In this document: one piece after another, positions 26,401 to 38,200 of the stretch
Layout of the letters: every line of letters starts with the position of its first letter
How positions within the stretch are numbered: position 1 is the first letter of the stretch
NCBI GenBank assembly: GCA_905178155.1
Contig: CAJINV010000001.1
Location: 13,142,635 to 13,206,634 of the forward strand
Direction: 5' to 3'
DNA: 64,000 nt
Source: Amoebophrya sp. A120
Taxonomy: Eukaryota > Protista > Dinoflagellata
Notes under the pieces: generated by a model
The model's database searches: none
What the model was told of the DNA's origin: nothing
The model's input: only the letters and a program-made list of their open reading frames with translations
Position numbers and translations under genes: made by a program

Positions 26401-29400
26401 GATTTATACTACGGCGAAAGGATCCCGATTCGCGCTACCTGGGCGCGTCCCTTAATTGTCGTCTGACTTTAGGCCGGACGCTATCTGTGCGGCGCGCGGG
26501 TGCAGTTTGCCCGCCAGCGGTGCAAGGGGCGCAGAGCCCTGCTGTGCGCCCTTCGTCAAGAAGAGCGGCGCCGGCCCCGCCAGGGGGCTGGGGGTGCCCG
26601 CCAAGGCTTTCCCGAATAGCGCAGGCCCCACCGCTTCCGTCCATCCCCGGGAAGTGCCGCCACCCAGCTGCTGCGCGCGGCGTGGGGCGCCAGGGCTTAC
26701 GGCGGTGCGAGCGTGCCCACTAATACGGCCGAAGGCCGAGAGGGGCACGCCATGCCGGGCCTCTTCGCACACGACGCGGCAACACGCCCGAGGGCCTTCC
26801 TCGGAGTGGCTGGTCGGGCAGGGTGTGGCGCTGGGCTGTTCAGGTTAAGCCGGCCGAAACCCCACCACCATCTCACCCAACAGAGACGGCGAGGCGCCTC
26901 GCCTGCTCACCAGGAGCCTGCAATGCTCGCCCGCTTCCAGAGCGGGGCTCTTCTTCAAGAACAAGAGAACACCCACCAGGGGTAGGGGGATCGCGCGCAG
27001 GATTGCGGGCGCCGCCCTTCTTCACTCGGCAGGAGGAGCGGCGTATTGCCGCTTAGTTTGCGCGATTTGATGCGTCTACCTCTAGTAGCGCATCTGGGCA
27101 CAAGGCCCCTCTCACGACTTCCCTTCCCACCAGGGGCGGGCACCTGCTGAGCAAATCTTGATTTTTTCTGAAAGTCCTTCAAACATATGTTTCGAAATAT
27201 AGTACCCTAACACTGACCGCCTGCTCCTGCTCGTCCTTGAATTTCACTCCTTGGCGGCCGGACTCGGGCTCTGTGACAATGACTGCGATTTTTCCGTTCA
27301 TTGCTGCGTTTTTCAATCCGGACAGAATCACCTCCTCCCCGATGGAAAATTTTTCTGTGCGTACCTTTTTCACCATACGAAAATGCGAGAGATCCAGCCA
27401 TGACTCGATGTCGTGTTCCGGTTCTTCGTTCTTTTTATTCGTGCTTTCAGCAGGAGCTCCTGCTTCTTTACCAGCTGCGGCCTTTTTTTCCTCCTCGGCC
27501 TCTTCCTCGTCCATGGAAGCATCGGAGGCGTCCGCAAGGCGCGGCTCAAAGGGACGATCGAACGCCCCAGCGTCCGGCTTTTCCGCCGGCAATTCAGCCC
27601 TCATTTCCGGGAGATCCACAATTTCTTCGAGGCGGTCTCGCTCCTCGTCGAACTGAAAATTTTTTTTGTAGAAAAAGAAATTATCATAGCGCATGTTATC
27701 CTTCATCATCATGATGAGGCAAAACAACACTAGTAGCACACGACGATGGTGACCGGAGAAGAACATCCAAAGCAAATCCGCAGTCTGACTACCTAGTATA
27801 TGGTTATGCTGTCAAACAAGCGCCTGTTGCTCTTTCTTCCAGTATCCCTTCTTCAGCTTCATCTTCTTGCATTTACAACTCTCCTGATGTAAAAACTGAT
27901 TTCTATACGTCTTCGTCTCGCAGAGACACCCAGCGCTCCTCCAGCCAGTTGTCACCGCCGAGGTACATGCCCCGATAGTAGCTGTCGTTGCGCTGCTCGG
28001 TTTTGATCTGCAACCAGACCTCGTCGTCGACGGTGCGTTTCTCCATGATTTGCAGGTATTCCCCGTGCCGCTTGTGCCCAATGACCGGCGCTTCGAACAT
28101 GGGGGACACGCGTACTTCCACACCTCCCAAGCACCGGACCCGGTACACCCAGCAGCCCGACATCCGCTCCGGGTCGAGACCTGAAGACGCGGGAAGAACA
28201 TTTCTCGGCCTAGTTGGAGCGCAATCAAAGTGTGCTTTGAGGTCTGCTCCTCAAAATTTTCCTGGATTTCTCGAAGCTAGAACATGCAATGACGCATGGG
28301 TCGTTATTAATGAATCCAAATAAAGTATACCAGTGAGCGCCTCGATTTTGGGCAATCTTTTTCCGGACTTCGCGGCGACGATATTGGCGTCGTAGCAGCG
28401 CTGCGTGTAGCGCATGTCGCTCACCGTCTCCCGGTCCAAAATGGCAATCACTTGCCAGGGCAACTCGTCCTCGTCGTCTTTCTTCTCCTCGGCGGGCTGG
28501 ATGGCGCGGCAATCCGACACCGGCTTTTTGTTGCTTTCCTTGGAAGAAGTTTTCGGTTTCTTCGACGAGGACGAGGCTGCGGCCCCGCCGTTCATTTCGT
28601 CGTCGTCCGAATCGGAATCCGCACTCGCCCAAGCCTATCCTGTGCAAAGGTATCGTATTCGTATAAATGCAAGTCTTGCATTACAAATCTTTATCTTGAG
28701 GGAAGTCCGCATTTCAAATTTTCGCTCTCATGCTGAGGAAATTTCTTGCAATGCATTTATACGAGTACGATGCTTTTGCATTTCATAAGGCCTCTTCCTC
28801 GTCGCAGCTTTCCTCGACGGGGGTGGAGGGCTGGCGGTGGAGGTGCTTCCAGGAAACGCCGGCACCCGGAATGATGGTGTCGCCGTCGTGGCGGAAGCGG
28901 TCGCGCCCCTGCGGATCCACAAACAACCACTCGCGCTTGTGGAGGGCGGAAACTGTGGTCGGTGTATTCTTGCGTTGGTCAAGACGGTATTGTATTGTCT
29001 ATTCCCCAAATAGTATTTGGGGGGCCGGGGCTGCACGAAAGTCGAAAAATTCACACGATTTCTAGAAAAGAAAATATTCGTCTCCTACGACAACGCGAAC
29101 GCATAGGTAATAAATTGTATATATCTCACCTTCATCATCGCTGTCCTCCTCATCGCTGTCATCCATGAATTGTTTTTGTCTTCGACGTAAATAGGACGCG
29201 ATTGGTGGCTCTTTCGGTTTCGGCTTCTCCTTCGGTTCGACCAGCACAAGGAGCCAGCCGGTTTTGTTGTCATTCCGATAGGAAAGCAGCACCTTGTGGC
29301 TTTTGTCCACCGTGGTCACGGAATCGTTACGCACACAGACGTAAATGCCGTTCAGCTGCTCGACCGTACTTCCTGTCGCGAAGAAACCCAGAGCTGGCTC

Positions 29401-29484
29401 GCGCACGGTGACAAACCCACGCGACCGCTGCTGGCGGGGCCCGCCACCGTAAAGGTCCAGCTGATTGTTGCACGACAATGCCAT
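23406..29484 (-). CDS. Multi-domain co-chaperone with TPR repeats and a C-terminal DnaJ (J) domain, multi-exon
   Basis: J domain [35 protein letters not shown]...[21 protein letters not shown]; TPR segment [17 protein letters not shown]...[23 protein letters not shown]. Upstream ORFs link in frame (VSVR|IENMNP across intron 26017-27205; EEEA|WASADS). Confidence 0.8.
24148..24382. mobile_element. TIR introner, family A (235 bp)
   Basis: TATGGCGCTCTCAACTGTTACATTCTCAAC...GTTGAGAATGTAACAATTGAGAGTCCCATA; perfect TCTCG repeat; removal gives QSFE|TLMGLG. Confidence 0.95.
26140..27141. mobile_element. Non-coding GC-rich 1.0-kb insertion, SINE/short-retroposon-like, inside a GT-AG intron
   Basis: Perfect 15-bp direct repeat ACCTGCTGAGCAAAT at 26125-26139 and 27142-27156; no TIRs, no convincing ORF, many hairpins. 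Confidence 0.8.
28636..28787. mobile_element. TIR introner, family E (152 bp)
   Basis: TATCCTGTGCAAAGGTATCGTATTCGTATAAATGCA...TGCATTTATACGAGTACGATGCTTTTGCATTTCATA; flanks AAGCC/AGGCC; frame restored. Confidence 0.9.
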
Positions 29485-30359
29485 GCTGGTTAAACTTTCA
29501 GCTTAATCTATCTAAAGCGAAAACGACGACGAAAACGAAAAGGTCATCTACGTAAACCAGCTAAAAACTGGACCTGCTCGTCGAAAAACTTCTTGTTCCA
29601 CTTGGTCTTTTACTTTAAGACGAGCCTACTGTAAACTTGTTCTGGCTCTCTATTTTTCTACTTCTTGGTCCTGACTACTCGCACTTTTTCTTTTTACGCA
29701 TTCACATAGCCTGGCTCTGTCTGTGTGCAATAAAAATTGGAAGTCGTGGACAAGAACAGGCTGCAACCTTAGCGACAATCGGACCAAAAAAATGACGAGA
29801 CTTGGTTCGAAAGAATAGATCATAGTGAAAATTTTGCTCTGGCAAGACGTACACGATGAGATCTGCTATTACAATTGAATCATGACTGAGCGTGGTGGGC
29901 GTGGTACTGGCGCTAAAACTAATGGCTAGTGGTATAACATGACGGGACTGGGAGCTGGTTTGAACATTCATGGGCGTCGATTTTATCAAAGCAGGAACAA
30001 CGTGCCGGACGAGCGAATTTTCGTATTCAATCATGAAATATTGACTCGCCCTTGAATCAAAAACTACAGCCTCAACACGTACAGAATATGGACAAGACTG
30101 AAAATCAACTAAGTAGGCCACGAATTCGAAGACAAAACACACCAGAGGGGGCCGGTAATTTGCCACATCTTCCAACTACATCACTTCGCACCATCACACG
30201 ATCGAAAACGAGGCCCAATGACTTGCCCCCCATACAGGTTGTGAATCATACACATAAATTGAAGTACAAGATGAACATCAAACAAAGCATAAGAAATCTT
30301 CAATCAGCACACTGTATCACTTGTTACGTCTCAGCTTCGCCCTTGATGTTTGCTGCTCC

Positions 30360-31172
30360 TCACCCCTCGCCGTCCTCCTCCTGCATCGCCTTGGCCAGGT
30401 TTTCGATCTCGATCATTTCCGGCGGCACGCGGAGCGTCGAGGCCAGCTATGGCGCTCTCAAGTGTTACATTCTCAACTGTTACATGATTTGTAATGCAAA
30501 ATCACAATCAGAATCGACACGATCAAGCTGCTTCGGATGACAAATTCTCGATGAGCCAAACAGGCTGAGAATTTTTGCCAGATCTGTTATACAAGACGCG
30601 CATGGTGACCCCTTTCACGTTTCCCATTCTTGCGTCACAAATCAATGTAACAGTTGAGAATGTAACAGTTGAGAACGCCATACCAGCTGCGGTTCGGTCC
30701 TGGCGAGGAGTAGGTGGAGTCGATGCAGCCGTGTCAACATATGCCACAGGTTGGTCCCGTGGCAATTCTTCCTCGAGGTCGAGCTTGCTGTTGGGGAACC
30801 GCCTCTCGTACTACTACCCTCATCTAGCGACTTCGCGGCGATGGGATCCGATTCCTTAATCGCCTGTTCCAGCTTAAAAATAATCTCGGTCAACTTCTTG
30901 CCCCAATAATCCACCCACCGGCTCGTCGCAGAACTGCATTGTCGCAACTGGATTTTGCGTCCGAGCAAACGCACCTCCGCGCCGGGAAACAAGTCCCACA
31001 CTCCGGCCAGTCGCGCCGGCGGCGTAGTGGTGTAGAGAACGGTGGTCAGGTGCTTGTCAGCTCCGATGGAAACGTGCGCCTCAGCAGTCAAAACGTCGAA
31101 CAGAATACGGAGAGTCTCCTTGTTCTCTCCCTTCGACGTCACCCAATGCGAGTGAAACTCCAGGCATACCAT
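30360..31172 (-). CDS. DM10-like domain protein (possibly flagellar)
   Basis: DLFPGAEVRLLGRKIQLRQCSSATSRW resembles the DM10 C-terminal motif; second exon ASTLRVPPEMIEIENLAKAMQEEDGEG* follows the introner. Confidence 0.65.
30448..30682. mobile_element. TIR introner, family A (235 bp)
   Basis: TATGGCGCTCTCAAGTGTTACA...TGTAACAGTTGAGAACGCCATA; perfect CCAGC repeat; removal gives EPQL|ASTLR. Confidence 0.95.
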
Positions 31173-32206
31173 GCTCGATTTTCAAGGTCGTGTAAAATAT
31201 GAATACAAGTTGGTGTAGATGAACAACAGATGAAGACGACTCACTCGCAATGGTAATAATATACTCGAAGATGTAGAGTCTTTATCGTGTTCGCGCCACC
31301 ATAGAGGGCTGCATCAGCTCCTTCCTATCAAAAATCATGTCGAAGAAGCGCTTGTAGGTGCAGGACCTAACGTACGAATGGAACAGAAGCCGGCAAAGAG
31401 AGACAACTAGCACAAAGACAAAAAGAAAAACGAAACCAAGGCGGGAAAACAGAAACCACGCTATCATATGTGAAGAATAGACGACCAGAGAAATCCCCGA
31501 AAAAAAATCAAAGTATAAGTACTGCTACTGGCCCCAAACCAGTCATATGTACAGCTCCCCCTGACAAGAATGAACGGCGCCGCCACAGAAACCGAACACG
31601 AGACCAAAAGAAGCACGCCCCGAGTGCGCGTTCAAAGAACTGAACCAACGCGGTCGCGCAAAGCCTTCTCAAACAAAAAAAGCGAAGTCGAAGTGCCAGT
31701 TGTTGCATTGCTTGAGCTTCCTGCGGTCTAGCTATGTCCTCATTAATTTTCGTTGCTACAAAGCACAAGATTGTTCATTTTTTGAGTTCGGGGCGCGTTC
31801 AAAAATCGTCAAAGGACGTCGAGAATCAAGGGTGGTGCAGTGGTGCATTTCAGTTTTCGCAAATATTCAAACAAAAGACAAAGTCGTCAGAAGTCCCGAA
31901 GATGTTCGCTTGTTTATTAAATCCACGTTCCAAATTTTGGAAGAAGAAAGGAGGCGCAGCAGTCGTGCTCCCCGTCCTCCTACAAAGTAGTCATGAATTC
32001 CTCATCGCTGACAACGACATCGATCCGGCCATCTTGCAATGAATCACTGTTCTTTCCGCATGCATCCATACCAAAGAGCCGAAGAGGATCGAAACCTGCG
32101 GAACAGCGCCAGAGGATGCCGCATGTTGTGCTAGTGCTGTGCGCTACGTCAAACGAAGATTCACTTCAAGACATTTTATCCCGTGGGAGCACGCTCTCGA
32201 CCTTCG

Positions 32207-35200
32207 CTAAGCTGCGTTATCTTTAATATTTTTTGGCGGGGGCGCGGTGGTCGGTGATGCCTGCAAGTGGAGCGAAGTCGCGCAGTCAGTGGTAAACTTT
32301 TCCAAAACTGACAAGTCAAATTCGTCCTCATCCTCGGCCAGAATGGCTGCTTCCACAGGTTCCAGCGCGGGACTGTGTTCGCTCTCTTCAGCTTGCTCGT
32401 TGTGTGTCGTGCCTGAAACAATCGCCGGTTCTGCGGAACCAAGCTGCCCCGCCGGAGCTGCAGGAGGGTCAACAACCGACAGCAGCTGCCGTGGTCCTCT
32501 CTGGTGCTCCTTCGTGGTACTGCTCATTGCTGTAGGGTTGTTGTTCCCTGGAGTGCTGACAGAGGAGATTGGCATGGCGGTAGCTGTGCCCGAGATTGCA
32601 TCCACAAACGGTGTCGATATGGCGGAAACGGGAGAGGGCTCTGCTGCTGTAATGTGGTCTCCGACAGGTCCTCTGGTAAGCGTGCTCACCGCGCTCGTGA
32701 ACGACTGCGATTGCGGATTGCTTACGGCGGGAAACCCCGCCAGTGCCGTCGCGGTGATCTGCTTCGCACTAGCGATCAGTGAAGATCCACCGCCCGGAGC
32801 TGGAACTGCTCCGACGGTGGCGTGCGGAATAAAACCGTCCTCGGGCGTAGCAAAGCCGTCCAGGTGTGCCGGCGATGGATGAATGATCGGCTCTTGCACT
32901 TGCTTCTGCTTGAAGCGACGCTTCGGTTTGTCCTGCTTGAGTGATGGAAAGGGTTGGTTCAGAAGTCCCTGCGCGAACAAAGGATCCTCGGCAGAGCCGA
33001 GAGCGGGAACCACAGGGTCTTGACCTGAACATGACAGTTTCGTTCCGTTTCTTTCGGTACAGATATAATGCAGGACTCTCCATATTAAAGACACCATCAA
33101 CCGAAAGAAAAAAAATTTGTCAACATCGGAAATCGTCATAGGAGATTCTACTGCAGTTACCTTTGTAAGTACATTTCATCTTGATTTTCATTAGAAGTAG
33201 TGTCGTGCAAGACTACTGTAAAAATTATACTAGTTCCTCCCGGACAGAGGATCGTTGACTCCTCGACAGAAGTCTCCACTCGGTGGGAAACGGGCTCCAC
33301 CGTGACTTTTTGAATATCCAGCATGACCGGCTGGACTCCGGCGGCGCGAGGCGATATGGAGTAAGAAAGGCCCTGTAAGTTCATTATTCTTTTCGCAATT
33401 ACCCACCAAATGCAGATTCAACGAGGAGTCGTACCTAGAACTGAGGGTCCAAGAAGTGAAAATCCAGACGCGAACTACTGATTACGTTTTTACTATCCTT
33501 CATCCTCATCAGCAACATGAACATCGTTATGCAAAAAATGAGTCAGTCCGAAAAACACAAGAAAAAACAGCAGGAAATGAATACGCTCCTGCCGCTTTGA
33601 CTGTCCGGGCGGCCGGCATTCGAGGAGGTCGCGCCTATGTTATTTGCAATCGAAGACGTGTCTATGGACGATAGGTTGTGCGGATCGATCATCTTCGACG
33701 ACTTTGCAGCAGGGGCGCCCGCTCGGCCCCGAGCACCTACGCTGTGGGTAAGTAGTTTTCGCTCGAGCTTCTTGATATAGGTCGTATCTTTGTCAATCTT
33801 CTGACGTAGCTGCGTGTTCTGTTCCTGCACCGTTTTCACCTTGCGGCAAAGATCCAGCATCATCTTTCCGTTGTCTTGCTGGGTGGCCGCAGTTTGACGG
33901 AGCTTGCGGTCACTGTCCTGCTTCTGCAAGCGCTCGACCTGATTCTGCAACTTCTGAATCTCGGTCTCGTATTTCTTGCGGAGGGCCGATCGCTCGCTGA
34001 AGACGACCTGAAAAGCGAATTCGTATACTAGTGCCTCGATGGATTCGACATTAAAATGGGTCACTTAAGTTAAAATATTCAAGAACTTCTAAAAGAACCT
34101 CTATTGATAGAGGTTCTCGGCCATTTTCTAACTTCTCCATAGATGTTCTAGGTTTTCTAGATTTCTAAGCTTTTTCTAGATTTTCTACAGTCTTTCTTTT
34201 TTCTTCTTTTCTTTATTTTTCTTACTGATTTCGTTGCTCTTTGATTTTTTTTTTTTTTCTAATCTTTTCACTGTTTCTTGACATTTTCTAGCTTGAGAAG
34301 CTCTATCTCGTACCTTCTGGACCCAGAACCTCTATCACAATAGAGCTTCTGACCCCAGAACGTCTATTGGGATAGCGGTTCTGGGTTCCGTAGCCTCTAG
34401 ATTTGTTTCTAGACTTTGGCGGCCAAGAATCTAGAAACTAGATTTCTAGAAATCTAGAAATCTAGAAGTCTGGAAATCTAGATTTCTAGGTTCTAGAAAT
34501 CTAGAAATCTAGCTTCTAGATTCTGGCAGTCAGAACGCCAGCACTCCTGCTCCGAGCAGCTAACAGTCCAGCTTCCCTGGTTGCGAGAAGCCGGCAGCTC
34601 AGCCTCCCCGGCTCTACGAGAAGCTGGAAGTCCAGCTTCCCCGGCTCTACGAGAAGCTGGAAGTCCAGCTGCCCCGGCTCTACGAGAAGCTGGGCGCCCA
34701 GCTTCCCCGGCTCTACGAGACGCTGGAAGTCCAGCTTCCCCGGCTCTACAAGAAGCTGAAAGCCCAGCTTCCCCGGCTCTACGACAAGCTGAAAGTCCAG
34801 CTTCCCCGGCTCTACGAGAAGCTGAAAGTCCATCTTCCCCGGCTCTACGAGAAGCTGACAGTCCAGCTTCCCCGGGCGGCTCTACGAGAAGCTGGAAGGC
34901 CAGCTTCTCCGGCTACGAGAAGCTGGAAGTCCAGCTTCTCCGGCTACGAGAAGCCGGACGCTTAGGCCCCCCGAGGAGCTGGGCGCTCACCTACAGTGAA
35001 AAGATGCGAAAAAAGGACGGCGAGGCCCTTGCTCTTTGCAGGTAAGGCATAAGGGTCAGTCTGCCTGCGTGCGCGCCCCCGGGCCAGTCTGCCTGCGTGC
35101 GCGCAGTGCGCGATCTTTTTTTCCGACCGGCAAGCCAGCAACGGCCGGACGCGAAAAAAACGCCCCGCGCCCCCGGGGCAATGTGCCTGCGTGCGCGCAG

Positions 35201-38200
35201 CGCGCAAAATTTTTTTTCCCCTGCGGGCCTCCAAGGAAAGGCTGGACGCGGAAAAAACACTCCGGCCGGGCCCGCAGGCCAAGGAAGTTACGCACAAAAA
35301 GTTTTTCCAGGCCGGCCGCAGGCTGCTAGGCGCGAAAAAAACGCCCCGGGCCCGGAGGCCAAGGAGGTTGCGTGCGCGCAGCGCGCGAACAATTTACTTT
35401 ATTCTTTCTTTCAGCCGGGCCGGCCCCGGAAGGGGGGCGGGTCCGCAAAAAGTCCCCAACCGCGCCCCCGGGCCAACATGTGCGCGCGCGCGCGCGAAAA
35501 ATTTTCGCCAGCCCGCCCCCGAATGCCGGGCGGAGAGAAAGGCTCCGCACAAAGGCTTGCGCGCGCGGAGCGCGCGGAATTTTTTTTCCGGCAAACCCCC
35601 AATCGTGGACACGAAAGAAGCGGCCCCGCCCACCCTCTAACGCCACGGCCACTATGCGCACGCAGCGCGCGGTAAGTTTTTTTCCGGCCAACACCCGGTA
35701 GCCGCGCGCGATTCATCACCATCGTCATCACCTTGCTAGCAGGCGAACAGCTTTCCTCATATTGAAGAAAAACTTTCTGCGCCCATCTCAAGCTAAGGCG
35801 GCTGCGCGCGCGCGGCGCGCGAAAGTCGTTTCCGGGACTGCCCGGACGCCGGACGCAAGCAAAAGCGCGCCAGAACAAGGCGCCTGCGCGCCGCGAATAT
35901 TTTCCCGGCAAGACCCCGAGGGGGCGGCGCGAAAAAAACCTCCGCGCCCGCCCGCAGACCAAGGCCGGCGCCTGCGGGCGGGCAGGGGGCGGTGGCGAAA
36001 ATTTGCTCTATTTCTTCCGGCAGCCCCGGTTGCCGGGTGCAAGCAACACCTCGCCGCGCCCCCTGGCCAACATGTGTGCGCGCACAGCGCGCGATATTTT
36101 TTTTCCAGCAAGCCCCCGGCCGCCGGGCGTGAAAAAAAGTCTCAAGCCACTGACTCACCCACGCAAAGAAAGGCGCGCGCGCGCACGCAGCGCGCTAAAG
36201 TTTTTTTTCAGCCGGCCCCCGGTTGCGGAAAAAAATTTCTTACGGAAAAAAATTTCCTCGCCTACGGGCCGGAAGAAAACTAATGCGCCCGCGCGCGCGC
36301 AGCGCGCGAAAATATTTTCTCGACAAGCCCCCGACCTCCGGGTGAGAGGAAAACCTTCCAAGCACGCCCTCAGGCCAAGGAAGGCGCGCGAGCGCTGTGC
36401 GCGCGCGCGAAAATTTTTTCTCAGCTGGTCCCCGGTTGCGGAAACAAAATTTCTTGCGGAAAAAAATTTCCTCGCCTACGGGCCAAAAGAAAACTAACGC
36501 GTCCGCGCGCGCGCAGCGCGCGGGAATTTTTTCTCGACAAGCCCCCGACCTCCGGGTGAGAAGAAAACCTTCCACGCAGGCACGCCCTCGGGCCAAGGAA
36601 GGCGCGCGCGCGCAGCGCGCGCGCGCTAAAGTTTTTTTTCAGCTGGCCCCCGGTTGCGGAAAAAAATTTCTTCGCCTACGGGCCAAAAGAAAACTAATGC
36701 GTCCGCGCGCGCGCAGCGCGCGAAAATTTTTTCTCGACAAGCCCCCGACCTCCGGGTGAGAAGAAAACCTTCCACGCACGCCCGCGGGCCAAGGAAGGCG
36801 CGCGCGCGCGCTAAAGTCTTTTTTCAGCTTGCCCCCGGTTGCGGAAAAAAAATTCCTCGTCTACGGGCCAAAAGAAAACTAATGTGCCCGCGCGCGCGCA
36901 ACGCGCGAAAATATTTTCTCGACAGGCCCCCGGCCGCCGGGCGTGAAGAAGAGCGCCCAGGCACGCCCTCAGGCCAAGGAAGACGCGCGCGCTCCGCGCG
37001 CGCGCGCGAAAATTTTTTTTCAGCTGGCCCCCGGTTGCGAGAAAAAATTTCATCGCCTACGGGCCAAAAGAAAACTAATGTGCCCGCGCGCGCGCAACGC
37101 GCGATAATTTTTTCTCGACAGGCCCCCGACCCCCGCCGGGCGTGAAAAAGAGCGTCTACGCACGCCCTCAGGCCAAGGAAGACGCGCGCGCAGGCGCGCG
37201 CGCGCGAAAATTTGTTTTCAACTGGCGCCCGGTTGCGGAAAAGACTTTCCTCGCCTGTGGGCCAAAAGAAAACTACTGTGCGCGCGCGGCTCGCGAAAAA
37301 TTTTTCTCGACAAGCCCCCGACCACCGGGCGAGCAAAAGATCTTCTACACCCTCGGGCCAAGGCGTGCGCGCGCTGTGCGCGCGGAAAATTTTTTACCGG
37401 CCGGCCCCCGATCGCGGGGCGCGAAAAAAATAAAACAGCCCACACCCTGACGCCGTACATGGTGAGGATGCGCGCGGCGCACCCACGCGAGGTTTTTTCC
37501 GGTCAACGCCTTTTAGCCGGCCATGGAGAGGCACCTCCCACGCTCACCCAAGGCCAGGGCGGTCTGCGTGCGCGCAACACGCGCAAACTTTTTCCCGGAC
37601 GGCCCCCGACTGCCGAACGCACCGAAAACCTTCCGCGCCCCGAGGCCGAGGCGCCTGCGCGCGCGCAGCGAGCGCACGACAAATATTTGCCGCCGAGGCC
37701 CCGCCTGGAGGACGCGAAAAAAACCCAACCGCCCTCAGACAGGCAAAGGCGTCTGCGGGCGCGCAACGGGCGAAAGACTTTTTTCGATCGGGCGGCCCTC
37801 GATAGCTGGGAACGACCAAAGGCTTCCGCGCCTTCAGGTCGGGGCGCATGCGCATGCGCGCGCGCGCAACTTTTTTTTTTCCGGCGCGCCGCCCTCGCTG
37901 CTGGACGCGCAAAAAACATTCGCTCCGCGCCCCCCCGCCAAGGCGTCTGCGCACACGCAGCGCGCGCTCGCAGAATATTTTTCCGGCCCGCCCCGGGTTT
38001 CCGGACACGAAAGAATACCTTCCACGCCCTCAGGCCAAAGCGCTTGCGCATGCGCTGTGCACGAAAAAAAATTCTCGGCAAGCGCGCGGCTACCGGGCAC
38101 GCATAGGGAAGGGCCTCTACGCCTGCCCGGTCATGGCGCGCGCCTGAGTGGGCGCGGCGCGCGCGAAAATTTTTTTTCGGCCGGCCCCTGATAGCAAAAG

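Noticed and set aside
34585-34955. CRISPR array (palindromic 33-bp repeats)
   Set aside because: Units are head-to-tail with no unique spacers, there are no cas genes, and the context is a eukaryotic intron.
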